Origin: an uncultured bacterium
Lineage (GTDB): Bacteria > Planctomycetota > UBA1135 > GCA-002686595
Reading direction: 5' to 3'
Assembly: GCA_943787795.1 (NCBI GenBank)
Contig: CALSNU010000003.1
Location: 320,001 to 384,000 of the forward strand
DNA length: 64,000 nt
Part shown: positions 39,091-47,813 of the stretch, piece by piece
Position numbering within the stretch: the first letter of the stretch is position 1
Layout of the letters: every line of letters begins with the position of its first letter
Notes under the pieces: model-generated
Database searches by the model: none
What the model was told of the DNA's origin: nothing
Seen by the model: the letters and a program-made list of their open reading frames with translations, nothing else
Position numbers and translations under genes: made by a program

Positions 39091-42000
39091 ATGACCCTCA
39101 CTCATCGATTGTTTGCTGCAGCGTCCCTTTGCGCTGCTCCCCTCCTGGCTTCTGCTACCCCGACCGATCCTGGCGGCATGCTGAATCCGGAGGTGGCCTT
39201 CGTAGGCGCTTCCACCGCGGTGCTTGAATCCGCGGGCTCGGTGGCGGTCGAGGTCGCCCTGTCAGTCGCCTCGTCACAGGATGTGATCGTTCCCTTCAGC
39301 GTGGGCGGGTCAGCGACGGCAGCGGACGCGAGCGTGGGGTCCAGTCCGTTGGTGATCCCGGCGGGCCAACAGAGCGGCTGGGTGGTTGTCTCCGTGACGG
39401 ACGACGCCGAGTCAGAGGGCACTGAGCGAGTGGTCCTGACCCTGGGGGCTCCGACCGGCGGTCTGCTTGGCGCGACGGCCGTACACGAGGTGGTCATCGA
39501 AGACAACGAGCCCGCGGCGACGCTGGGCTTCGACCTGTCCGCTTCCGCGCTAGCAGAGGGAGCCGGCATCGCTACCCTCTCGCTCACCCTGTCGAGCGCC
39601 CGTACCGAGGATGTGGTCCTGGACTTCACGCTCTCTGGGGCGGCCACGCCCGGCGGGGTGGACGTCACGGTCACCCCTGCCAGTCAACTCCTGATCCCTG
39701 GCGGTAGCCTCACGGCCTCGATCGCAGCCTCCGTGGTAAACGACCCCATGGATGAGCCCGACGAGGACCTGCGAGTGAGCTTCGGCGCTCTTGAGAACGC
39801 CGTCTATGGCGCGATCACCACGCACGACCTCACGATCCTTGATGATGACGACGCGCCGTCCATCTCGTTCGCGTCCGGCGGCGCGACCGTCGTAGAGGAC
39901 GATCCCGTGGCAGCCCTGGGCATCGAGCTCAGCGCCGTCAGCGGATTCAATGTCACGGTGCCGATCACGGCGTCCGGCTCGGCGACCGAAGGCGCGGACT
40001 TCGTCTTCGCTCCTGCAAGCCTGACCATCCCCGCGGGGAGCAGCGCAGGCGCCGTCGATGTCACGATCCTCGATGACACGGACCTGGAGGGGGCAGAGAC
40101 CGCGGTGTTCTCCCTCGGGACCCCGACCGGCGCCACCCCGGGCGCCATTCCGACGGCGACGCTCCTGATCATCGATGATGACGGCCCGCAGCCGTCGCTC
40201 AGCTTCTCGAGCCCGGCGTCGGTTGTGGACGAGGCTGCAGGCATTCAAAGCCTCGCCGTCCAGCTGGATGGTTATGCCTCGGAGCCGGTCACGGTGGACC
40301 TGACCCTGGGGGGCACGGCCCAAGGGGGGCTCGACGTCAACCTCCTCACGACGTCCCTTTCGATCCCGGTTGGGGCGCTCGGCGGGATCGTCCAAGTCGA
40401 GGTGCTTGAGGATACGGATCCGGAGCCCTCGGAGACTGCCGTGGTGACGCTGGTCGGCCCGGTCGGGGCAGGCCTTGGCTCACCCGATTCGCACGTCCTC
40501 ACGATCACGGACAACGACACCCTCCCGGTCGTCACCTTCGCGGCGCCCGCGTCTTCTCTTCTGGAATCGGCAGGCCCCATCGCGATCGGGGTGGAGCTGA
40601 GCGCCGCGGCCTCATCCGACGTGACGGTCTCGCTGCTGCTCTCCGGGAGCGCCACACCCGGCGGGGTCGATCTCGACCTCCTCCCGCAGCCGCTCGTGAT
40701 TCCCGCGGGAGCCACTGCCGGCCAGTTTGACGTGACCCTGGTGGACGACGCGTTGTACGAGGGAGACGAGGAGCTTGTCATTGACCTCGGTGCCGTCACA
40801 GGGGCCACGGCCGGTGCGAGCGCGACCCACGTACTCACTCTCGTGGAGGACGACCCGATGCCGGTCGTGCAGTTCCCTGCCTTCCGAACGGTGGTGGATG
40901 AGGCGTCAGGTGGCTTCAATCTCCGCGTCGAGTTGAACACCGTCTCTGGACTCGACGTGGTGGCTCCCTTCCAGGTGTCTGGAGAGGCTGCGGGTCCGGG
41001 GGACATCAGCTTTGCCGCCGGGCCGGCCGTCATTCCTGCTGGTGCGACAGCCGTCGACATCCCGATCACGGTTGTTGTCGATCGGCTGCCTGAACCCGGG
41101 GAGCGAGCGCTCTTCACGCTCCTCGATGGCGGAGCGCCGGGGGTCGGGGCACCGGAGGGAGCCACGCTCGGAGCGGGGTCCTCCTTCCTCGTGATGCTCT
41201 CGGACGGGAACATGGGGCCGCTGGCCAAGGCGCCGCCACTGGCACCCTCTGTGACAAGCCTGGCCTTCGACCAGATCCGCGCCGGAGAGTCCTCGGTGGC
41301 GGATACGGTGTTCTTCACCAATCTCCACTCGGCTCCTGTGACTCTCACCGAGTTGGTCGTCCGGGGTGGGGGCGCGTTCTCGACGGCGAGCCAGTCGGCG
41401 CTGCCGCTGGTGCTCGCTCCGGCGGAGAGTGTGGGTGTGGACGTGCAGTTCGTGCCGCTCGCCGCAGGGCCTACGAATTCAACGCTCTCCGCGCGCCAAG
41501 CTGGGCAGGGGGCGCCGCCGCTGGAGGTCAACCTCTCCGCGAGGGCGCTTGGCCCCACGGGCGCTGATCTCCTCTTCACCGCGGCGCCCGAGGCATTTGT
41601 CGAGGCCGGCGGCGAGGTCTGGGTGCAGGAGTACGGCTTTAACGGAGGCGCTCTGGCCCGGCTGACCGATCCTGTCCAGGGGACCGACCTGGATGGGTTG
41701 TTCCAGTGGGTCCGGACGGGCACTCAGTTCGGCTACTCGATGCCGCTCCCCAACGGAACCTACGAGGTCCGCATCCTCGCCTGGGAGCCGGTCAAGCAGG
41801 GGCCCGGCCAGCGGCTCTTCGATGTACTCGCAGAGGGTGCGGTGATCATTGATGACCTTGACCTCTTTGCTGAGGTCGGCCGCTTCTCCGCCTACTCCTC
41901 TGACCCCTTCGAGATCACCGTGGCGGACGGCGTTCTCGACCTCAGCTTCGACGCTTCGGTGGCGCAGGCGCTTGTCAGCGCGGTCTCCGTGCGTTCGATG

Positions 42001-45000
42001 CCCGTGCTCTCTTCGCCATCCGCAGCGCTGACGTACGGAATCGTGGATCAGGGCACCGAAGCGACCCTGGACTTCGTGGTCGTGAATGAGGGGCTGCACA
42101 CCGGTCAGCTCGATCGGGTGACTTTCGGAGAGCCAACGCTTGGGTCGAGCCAGGACTTCCGGATCGACCATGGTGGCACCTCTTACGTTGGGGGCGCCGG
42201 AGAGCGTTCCTACTCGATTGATCCACCGATCGTCGTGCCTCCTGGGTCAACCAGCGTCTCGGTGAAGTTCAATCCGAGCGAGCACGAGGACAATGTGTTC
42301 GATCTGACGTTGGAGTCCGTGGAGCGTGGTGTCTCCCTCGTCGCCAGCGTCGCGGGCACAGGCGGCGCGGAGGCTGGATGGGGCTTCTTGCATCCGGTGC
42401 CAGTCACTTTCCCTGACTATGTCATCGACTTCGACGGGGACGGCCTGGAGACCGTGATGCTGCTCGGCGCGGGGTCTCATACGCACGAGCCGGGCCGTCA
42501 GCTCTCGACGTTCATGTGGCGGGTCAACGGTTCAACGGTCGCTTCCACGGCAGACGCTGAATTCACTTTCCCGCTGGGTGATTCCGGCGTGGAGCTGGAG
42601 GTCGGTGACGATAACGCCGCCCCGAACTTCGCTGCGGACGGACTGACCGTGAGTGTCTTTGGCGCCGGAGCAGTGCCGGGTGCACTTGTGGAGTACTACG
42701 ACGGCTCGACCGCTGGGACGCTGTTCCTGCTGGACAATTTGCCTGCCGCCCCTGACTACGTGCAGCGCCTGAGCGGCCTGCAATTGTTCGCCAGCGGGGG
42801 CACGGTAGGTCAATCCCCGTTCACCGAAGAGGTCATGGTTCGCTGGAGTGGTTCCGTCGACCTCCCCGTGGCCCGCACGCTGGAGTTCGTGGCCACAGGG
42901 GGTGCCGACCGTCGCCTCTTCGTGGATGGCCTCGCCGCCGCCGGTCCGCTGGCCTTGGGTGCGGGAGCACACTCGGTGGAGGTCCGCTTTGCCGTCTCGG
43001 CACTCAGCGAGCTGCCGGTCGCGCTCGGGGTATATGAGAGCGGGAGCGTCGCTTCTGATATCGTTGATCTGCTCACCCACGACGAGTCACAGGTCGGGCC
43101 GGTCGTCCACTCGATGCCGACCGTGGGTACGGACCTCGGCGGCAACCGCATCGAGATCAACGGCTTCGGGTTCTTCCCCGGTGCGCAGGTGGTGGTTCAC
43201 TGGGGAGCCCAGGACTTCGCCCTGGCGGACTTCGACGAATTCTCGGCTGAGCGCATTGTCCTGACGTCTCCTCCTGGCTCGGGTGCCATCGCCGTGACGG
43301 TCGAGACTCCGAATGGCGTCAGCGCTGCGCGCACGTTCACTTACTCACCGACGGGTCCGATTCCGGTGCGCTTCAACCTGCTCGAATCGGCGGCGGCGGT
43401 CGTGAGCAAGGCGACGAGTGCAGCGTGGGGCCCCGACGGGAAGCTGTACGTGGCCTCGCTCGCAGGGTCGATCAACGTGATCACCTACGATGAGAACTAC
43501 AACGTGCTCTCGAACGACTTCAAGGCGGGTGTCTCCAACCTGACGAATCGAGATACCCTCGGCCTGGTCTTCAACCCCTATGACGTCTACGACCCGCTCG
43601 ACCCTTCGAGCATCAAGGTCTACGTTTCCCACGGGGAGCACTTCCTCAACGGCGGTGGCGCCTTCACAGGTTCGTCGAGCTTCGCCGGGCAAATCTCAGT
43701 TCTGACCGGGCCGGACTTTGACAGTCCTCTCCCGCTTGTGACCGGGCTCCCGCAGTCGAACCACGACCATGCAATCAACGGCATGTTCGTGGACGATAAC
43801 GGGGACATCTTGCTCTGCAGCGGGGGCAACACCAACGCCGGGATCAAGTGGCCGCTGAGCGGGGACGTCCCTGAGTCACCGTTGTCCGCGGCGCTCCTCA
43901 AGATCTGCATCTCCCGTCCGGGCTTCAACGGGAACATCCAGTACGAAGATTCGGTGACCGGTTCGCTCGTGGTCGACCAGGTGCTTGGAGAGCAGATTGA
44001 CGTCGTCAGCGGCGTGGATGTCGAGGTCTATGCGCCCGGCATCAGGAACTCGCTCGATCTCGTCGTTCACTCGAACGGGTACCTCTACGCGACGGACAAC
44101 GGACCGAACAACAACTACGGCCCGGCGTCGCTCAGCATGACCACGCAGGGGGGCATGCCACACCCGACGACGAGCGACACCCTCGAGCTCGTGGAACCCG
44201 GTCGTTACTACGGCTCGGCGAACCGCGCGCGGGGCCGCTACGACGGGCGTGAGGCGATCTTTCATGCGAACGATCAGCCTTCGATCCCGCACCTGCATGC
44301 TGCGCCGATCGGGTTCCTCTATGCGTCGTCCAACGGTCTGGAAGAGTACCGAGCTTCGACCTTCAACTCGGCGATGCGTGGTGACTTGATCGCCATGAAA
44401 TGGAACACCGGGGTCTGGCAGATCTCACTTAGCGAGACGGGGCGTGAGGTGACCTCGACTGTGCTGCACAACGTCGCCACCGCTCCGTTCCCCCGCAATC
44501 GCGGCCTGGACGTGGTGGCGGGGCCAGGGGGCGTATTGCTTGCCATTGACTACAACGGGAATCGGGTGCGCGCACAGGTTCCGGACGACGCCGCGGCGAT
44601 CGGTTTGACCCCCTACGACATCTTCCCGTGGCGGGCTCCCGCGACCGGGGGCCAGCGCTTTGTACTGGGGGGCCAGAACTTCGGGACCAATGTCGCAGCG
44701 ACCAGCGTCTTCATCGGAGGGGTTGCGGCCACCGTGACCTCCGTGTCGGATGGCCGGATCGTGGGGGTCCTCCCGCCCAGTGCATCAGGGGAAGCGACCG
44801 GAGCCCTCGATGTTGAGCTGCAGATTGGGCTGGACTCCCGGACGATTCCGGGCGGCTTCCGTTACATGCCGCCGGCGCCGGGGATGAAACTTGGCACCTG
44901 GCGTGAGGCAGAGCCGGCGCCAATTGGCGTCGCCGAGGTCAGCGGCGCCGAGATCGATGGTGACCTGTTCCTCTTCGGGTCCGGCTCGAGCCAGACGCTT

Positions 45001-45762
45001 GCGTACGACGTGCTTCAGGGCTCCTACTCCGTCGGTCGCGCGGGCCGTCCGTTCACCGGGGGAGGTCACTCAGCTGTCGCGGCGGACGGTTTGCTGTACC
45101 TCTTCGGGGGCTTCGGCGCTGGCGCTGCCGGCAAGGTCCAGATCTACGATCCGGTCTCTGACACCTGGAGCATGGGGAGCCCCATGCCCTGGGACGCGGG
45201 CGGCTGCTCTGCGGAGTTCGTGGACGGGCTGATCTACGTCGGGGGCGGCGTTGCCCCCTCGGGGGGCACGGTGAGTAATTTTGCCTCTTACGACCCCTCC
45301 CTGGATAGCTGGTCGCCGCTGCCGGCTCTACCGGCCGGGGTTCACCTCGCGGCGTCGGGCTCGAATGGGGAGCGGGTCTTCATCATGGGGGGGCGTACGG
45401 GCATCCTCGGGCCTCAGGCTGGAGTGAACTTGGTCCAGGCCTTCGATCCCGCCACCGGGATCTGGGAGTCCAGCGCCGCCGGGCAGCTCGCGCCGCTCCC
45501 GCTGCCGAGGTCCTCCACCGGGCCCGCGATCTTCTGGGATGAAGAGCTCTACGTCTTCGGGGGCGCGGACGCCTCCTCGGCCTTCACCGAGGTTCAGGTC
45601 TACGACCCCGCGAGCGACTCGTGGCGAGCGGACTCATCCTTGCAGGGGCCCCGGCAGGGGGCCTGCGCCTTGCTCTTCGAGTCGAGGATGTTCCTGATCG
45701 GTGGCTCGGACGACCCGCTGGCTTCGCCGCTTCAGACAGGAGAAGTGTTCTCACCTCGCTGA
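39091..45762 (+). CDS. Giant secreted multidomain protein (6 Calx-beta, Ig-like, malectin, PKD/PA14-like, 2 IPT/TIG, sugar-dehydrogenase-like beta-propeller, Kelch)
   Basis: Signal peptide. Six repeats of about 110 aa ending in ..I(L)xDD(D/N). Malectin-like segment YSMPLPNGTYEV...QRLFDV. IPT motifs GGNRIEINGFGF and GGQRFVLGGQNF. WGPDGKLYV...SNHDHAING...GIRNSLD...ATDNG propeller. C-terminal Kelch repeats (LYLFGG, IYVGGG, LYVFGG, YDP..W). Confidence 0.85.
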   Translation: MTLTHRLFAAASLCAAPLLASATPTDPGGMLNPEVAFVGASTAVLESAGSVAVEVALSVASSQDVIVPFSVGGSATAADASVGSSPLVIPAGQQSGWVVVSVTDDAESEGTERVVLTLGAPTGGLLGATAVHEVVIEDNEPAATLGFDLSASALAEGAGIATLSLTLSSARTEDVVLDFTLSGAATPGGVDVTVTPASQLLIPGGSLTASIAASVVNDPMDEPDEDLRVSFGALENAVYGAITTHDLTILDDDDAPSISFASGGATVVEDDPVAALGIELSAVSGFNVTVPITASGSATEGADFVFAPASLTIPAGSSAGAVDVTILDDTDLEGAETAVFSLGTPTGATPGAIPTATLLIIDDDGPQPSLSFSSPASVVDEAAGIQSLAVQLDGYASEPVTVDLTLGGTAQGGLDVNLLTTSLSIPVGALGGIVQVEVLEDTDPEPSETAVVTLVGPVGAGLGSPDSHVLTITDNDTLPVVTFAAPASSLLESAGPIAIGVELSAAASSDVTVSLLLSGSATPGGVDLDLLPQPLVIPAGATAGQFDVTLVDDALYEGDEELVIDLGAVTGATAGASATHVLTLVEDDPMPVVQFPAFRTVVDEASGGFNLRVELNTVSGLDVVAPFQVSGEAAGPGDISFAAGPAVIPAGATAVDIPITVVVDRLPEPGERALFTLLDGGAPGVGAPEGATLGAGSSFLVMLSDGNMGPLAKAPPLAPSVTSLAFDQIRAGESSVADTVFFTNLHSAPVTLTELVVRGGGAFSTASQSALPLVLAPAESVGVDVQFVPLAAGPTNSTLSARQAGQGAPPLEVNLSARALGPTGADLLFTAAPEAFVEAGGEVWVQEYGFNGGALARLTDPVQGTDLDGLFQWVRTGTQFGYSMPLPNGTYEVRILAWEPVKQGPGQRLFDVLAEGAVIIDDLDLFAEVGRFSAYSSDPFEITVADGVLDLSFDASVAQALVSAVSVRSMPVLSSPSAALTYGIVDQGTEATLDFVVVNEGLHTGQLDRVTFGEPTLGSSQDFRIDHGGTSYVGGAGERSYSIDPPIVVPPGSTSVSVKFNPSEHEDNVFDLTLESVERGVSLVASVAGTGGAEAGWGFLHPVPVTFPDYVIDFDGDGLETVMLLGAGSHTHEPGRQLSTFMWRVNGSTVASTADAEFTFPLGDSGVELEVGDDNAAPNFAADGLTVSVFGAGAVPGALVEYYDGSTAGTLFLLDNLPAAPDYVQRLSGLQLFASGGTVGQSPFTEEVMVRWSGSVDLPVARTLEFVATGGADRRLFVDGLAAAGPLALGAGAHSVEVRFAVSALSELPVALGVYESGSVASDIVDLLTHDESQVGPVVHSMPTVGTDLGGNRIEINGFGFFPGAQVVVHWGAQDFALADFDEFSAERIVLTSPPGSGAIAVTVETPNGVSAARTFTYSPTGPIPVRFNLLESAAAVVSKATSAAWGPDGKLYVASLAGSINVITYDENYNVLSNDFKAGVSNLTNRDTLGLVFNPYDVYDPLDPSSIKVYVSHGEHFLNGGGAFTGSSSFAGQISVLTGPDFDSPLPLVTGLPQSNHDHAINGMFVDDNGDILLCSGGNTNAGIKWPLSGDVPESPLSAALLKICISRPGFNGNIQYEDSVTGSLVVDQVLGEQIDVVSGVDVEVYAPGIRNSLDLVVHSNGYLYATDNGPNNNYGPASLSMTTQGGMPHPTTSDTLELVEPGRYYGSANRARGRYDGREAIFHANDQPSIPHLHAAPIGFLYASSNGLEEYRASTFNSAMRGDLIAMKWNTGVWQISLSETGREVTSTVLHNVATAPFPRNRGLDVVAGPGGVLLAIDYNGNRVRAQVPDDAAAIGLTPYDIFPWRAPATGGQRFVLGGQNFGTNVAATSVFIGGVAATVTSVSDGRIVGVLPPSASGEATGALDVELQIGLDSRTIPGGFRYMPPAPGMKLGTWREAEPAPIGVAEVSGAEIDGDLFLFGSGSSQTLAYDVLQGSYSVGRAGRPFTGGGHSAVAADGLLYLFGGFGAGAAGKVQIYDPVSDTWSMGSPMPWDAGGCSAEFVDGLIYVGGGVAPSGGTVSNFASYDPSLDSWSPLPALPAGVHLAASGSNGERVFIMGGRTGILGPQAGVNLVQAFDPATGIWESSAAGQLAPLPLPRSSTGPAIFWDEELYVFGGADASSAFTEVQVYDPASDSWRADSSLQGPRQGACALLFESRMFLIGGSDDPLASPLQTGEVFSPR

Positions 45763-45844
45763 TCCGAGTCCGTACCCTGCGAGCCGCGGTCTTCTCATCG
45801 GGAGAGCGCGGCTCGCGGTCGTTGCGGCGCGCGTGTGAACCCTG

Positions 45845-47812
45845 ATGGTGAGCCAGGAGCAGATCGGATCGAATGAGGAGCGCGGTGGGGCCCATGGCGG
45901 CGACCGCGGGGCGCTGCCCTGGTGGCGCGGTCCGGTGGCGGGCTCCTTCGTCCTCGCTGCAGCGCTCCGCGCGGTCTACGTGCTCGCGCTCCGTGACCAC
46001 CCGCGGTTCGAAGCTCCGACGATGGACGCTGGATACCACCTGGCCTGGGCGCGATCCCTGGCGGCGGGCGAGGTCTTCCAGGAGGGTCCCTTCTTCAGGG
46101 CGCCGCTCTATCCGTACTTCCTCTCCATCTGGACGACGCTCTCGCCTGACTCCACCCTCCTGGCGAGGATGGTGCAGGCGGCCCTCGGCGCGGTCACCGC
46201 AGCCCTCACTGCGGGGCTCGCCCAGCGGATCGCTGGCAGGGCGTCGGCCTGGTGGGCCGGCGGCCTCGTGGCGCTGTCTCCGGTGATGGTGGCCTTTGAC
46301 GCCGAGCTGCTGATCCTCGCGCTCCTTCTTCCGCTGTTGCTCCTGGCGCTGGGTTGCTGTGTGAAGTGGGGCGGGGAGGACCGGCCCTGGGCTGCCATGG
46401 GGACCGGTGCGCTGTTCGGCCTCGCGGCCATCGCGCGCCCGAACGTGCTCCTCTTCATGCCGGCGCTCTTCGCGTGGACGCTCTGGCGGACTCGGAGGCC
46501 TGCCGCGGGCCTCGCGTTGGCCCTGGGCACCCTGGCTCCCATCGTCCCGGTCACGGTGGCGAATGCGCTGGCGGGGGACGCCGCGCTGATCTCCACCCAG
46601 GCGGGAGTGAACCTCTGGATTGGCAACAACCCCCAAAGTGACGGGGCCACGGCCATCGTGCCTGGGACGCGTCAGGGGTGGTGGGATGGGTACTACGACG
46701 CGGTCGCGGCGGCCGAGGCGGCGGAGGGTCGAGCGCTCAGGCCCAGCGAGGTCTCCCGGCACTACGCGGGGAGAGCGCTATCCTGGATGTTTGCCGATCC
46801 CGGCGCGGCCGCCAGGCTCCTGGCCTGGAAGGCACGCCTGCTGGTGACGAACGTCGAGCTCGCCAACAACCAGGACATCGAATTCACCGCCCGCCGGACG
46901 CTGCCAGCGCTGCGCTTCAGCCCCTCTCGGTGGGATCTCCTCTTCGGGTTCGGGCTCGTCGGGCTCGTGCTCGCCTGGCGCCGAGACCGCCGGGGGGCCG
47001 GGGTCCTCCTCGGGTTCATCGCGGTGTATGCCATCAGCATCGTGCTGTTCTTCGTGAACTCCAGGTTCAGGGTTCCGCTGATGCCCGCGCTCTCGATTGG
47101 CGCGGGGTACGCCATCGTGCAGATCGCGGCGGGGATCCGCGCGAGGGACCCGCGTGCGTGTGCGCTGGTGGGGGTTCCAGCGCTCCTCCTCATGGGGCTC
47201 AGCAACCTTGTCCCGGCGGCAGTCCAGGAGACCGACGCGGCGGGCCTCGCGGATCTTGGTCGAGCAGAGCTCGCCCGGGGAGACGCTGGAGCCGCCCTCG
47301 AGTTGCTCAGCGCGGCGACCTCCCAGGCTCCGCGAAGCGTCCAGGTTCGCATGGCGCTCTCCTCCGCGATCGTGGCGGCGACGGGGGACCACCAGCGCGC
47401 CCTCCGCTCGCTCAGGGAGGTCGAGGTTCACGCGAACTCCAGGGACCGCGCCGAGCTCGAGGCGCGGATGTTTGGTCTGCGCATCCAATCCGGCGAGGCG
47501 CCGCAGGTTCTCGCCGAGGTCGCCGCCGCTCGCCGCGCGCGACCTGGAGACGGGGCGTTGGCCTACCTCTTCGCCATGGCGCAGGCCGCATGCGGTCAGG
47601 CCACCGGCGCCATCTTGACGCTCGAGGGGCTGATCGACGCGGAGCCGACCAACCTCGCCGCGGCGATCTACCTCGGTCGGCTCCAAGAAGACCTTGGCCG
47701 CGTCCAGGATGCGGCAGCGACCTACACCGGCGCCTTGGCTCGGATCAAGTTCGCCACGCCTGAGGAGGCCTCGTCGATCGCCGCCGGGCTGGCCCGCTGC
47801 GCGCCGGAGTGA
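45845..47812 (+). CDS. GT-C (PMT_2/GT39-like) membrane glycosyltransferase with C-terminal TPR-like region
   Basis: TM1 then PTMDAGYH, FFRAPLYPYFL, ARPNVLLF, GVNLWIGNNP, FFVNSRFRVP, helical TPR-like tail (LADLGRAEL, AIYLGRL). Confidence 0.82.
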   Translation: MVSQEQIGSNEERGGAHGGDRGALPWWRGPVAGSFVLAAALRAVYVLALRDHPRFEAPTMDAGYHLAWARSLAAGEVFQEGPFFRAPLYPYFLSIWTTLSPDSTLLARMVQAALGAVTAALTAGLAQRIAGRASAWWAGGLVALSPVMVAFDAELLILALLLPLLLLALGCCVKWGGEDRPWAAMGTGALFGLAAIARPNVLLFMPALFAWTLWRTRRPAAGLALALGTLAPIVPVTVANALAGDAALISTQAGVNLWIGNNPQSDGATAIVPGTRQGWWDGYYDAVAAAEAAEGRALRPSEVSRHYAGRALSWMFADPGAAARLLAWKARLLVTNVELANNQDIEFTARRTLPALRFSPSRWDLLFGFGLVGLVLAWRRDRRGAGVLLGFIAVYAISIVLFFVNSRFRVPLMPALSIGAGYAIVQIAAGIRARDPRACALVGVPALLLMGLSNLVPAAVQETDAAGLADLGRAELARGDAGAALELLSAATSQAPRSVQVRMALSSAIVAATGDHQRALRSLREVEVHANSRDRAELEARMFGLRIQSGEAPQVLAEVAAARRARPGDGALAYLFAMAQAACGQATGAILTLEGLIDAEPTNLAAAIYLGRLQEDLGRVQDAAATYTGALARIKFATPEEASSIAAGLARCAPE

Positions 47813-47813
47813 A

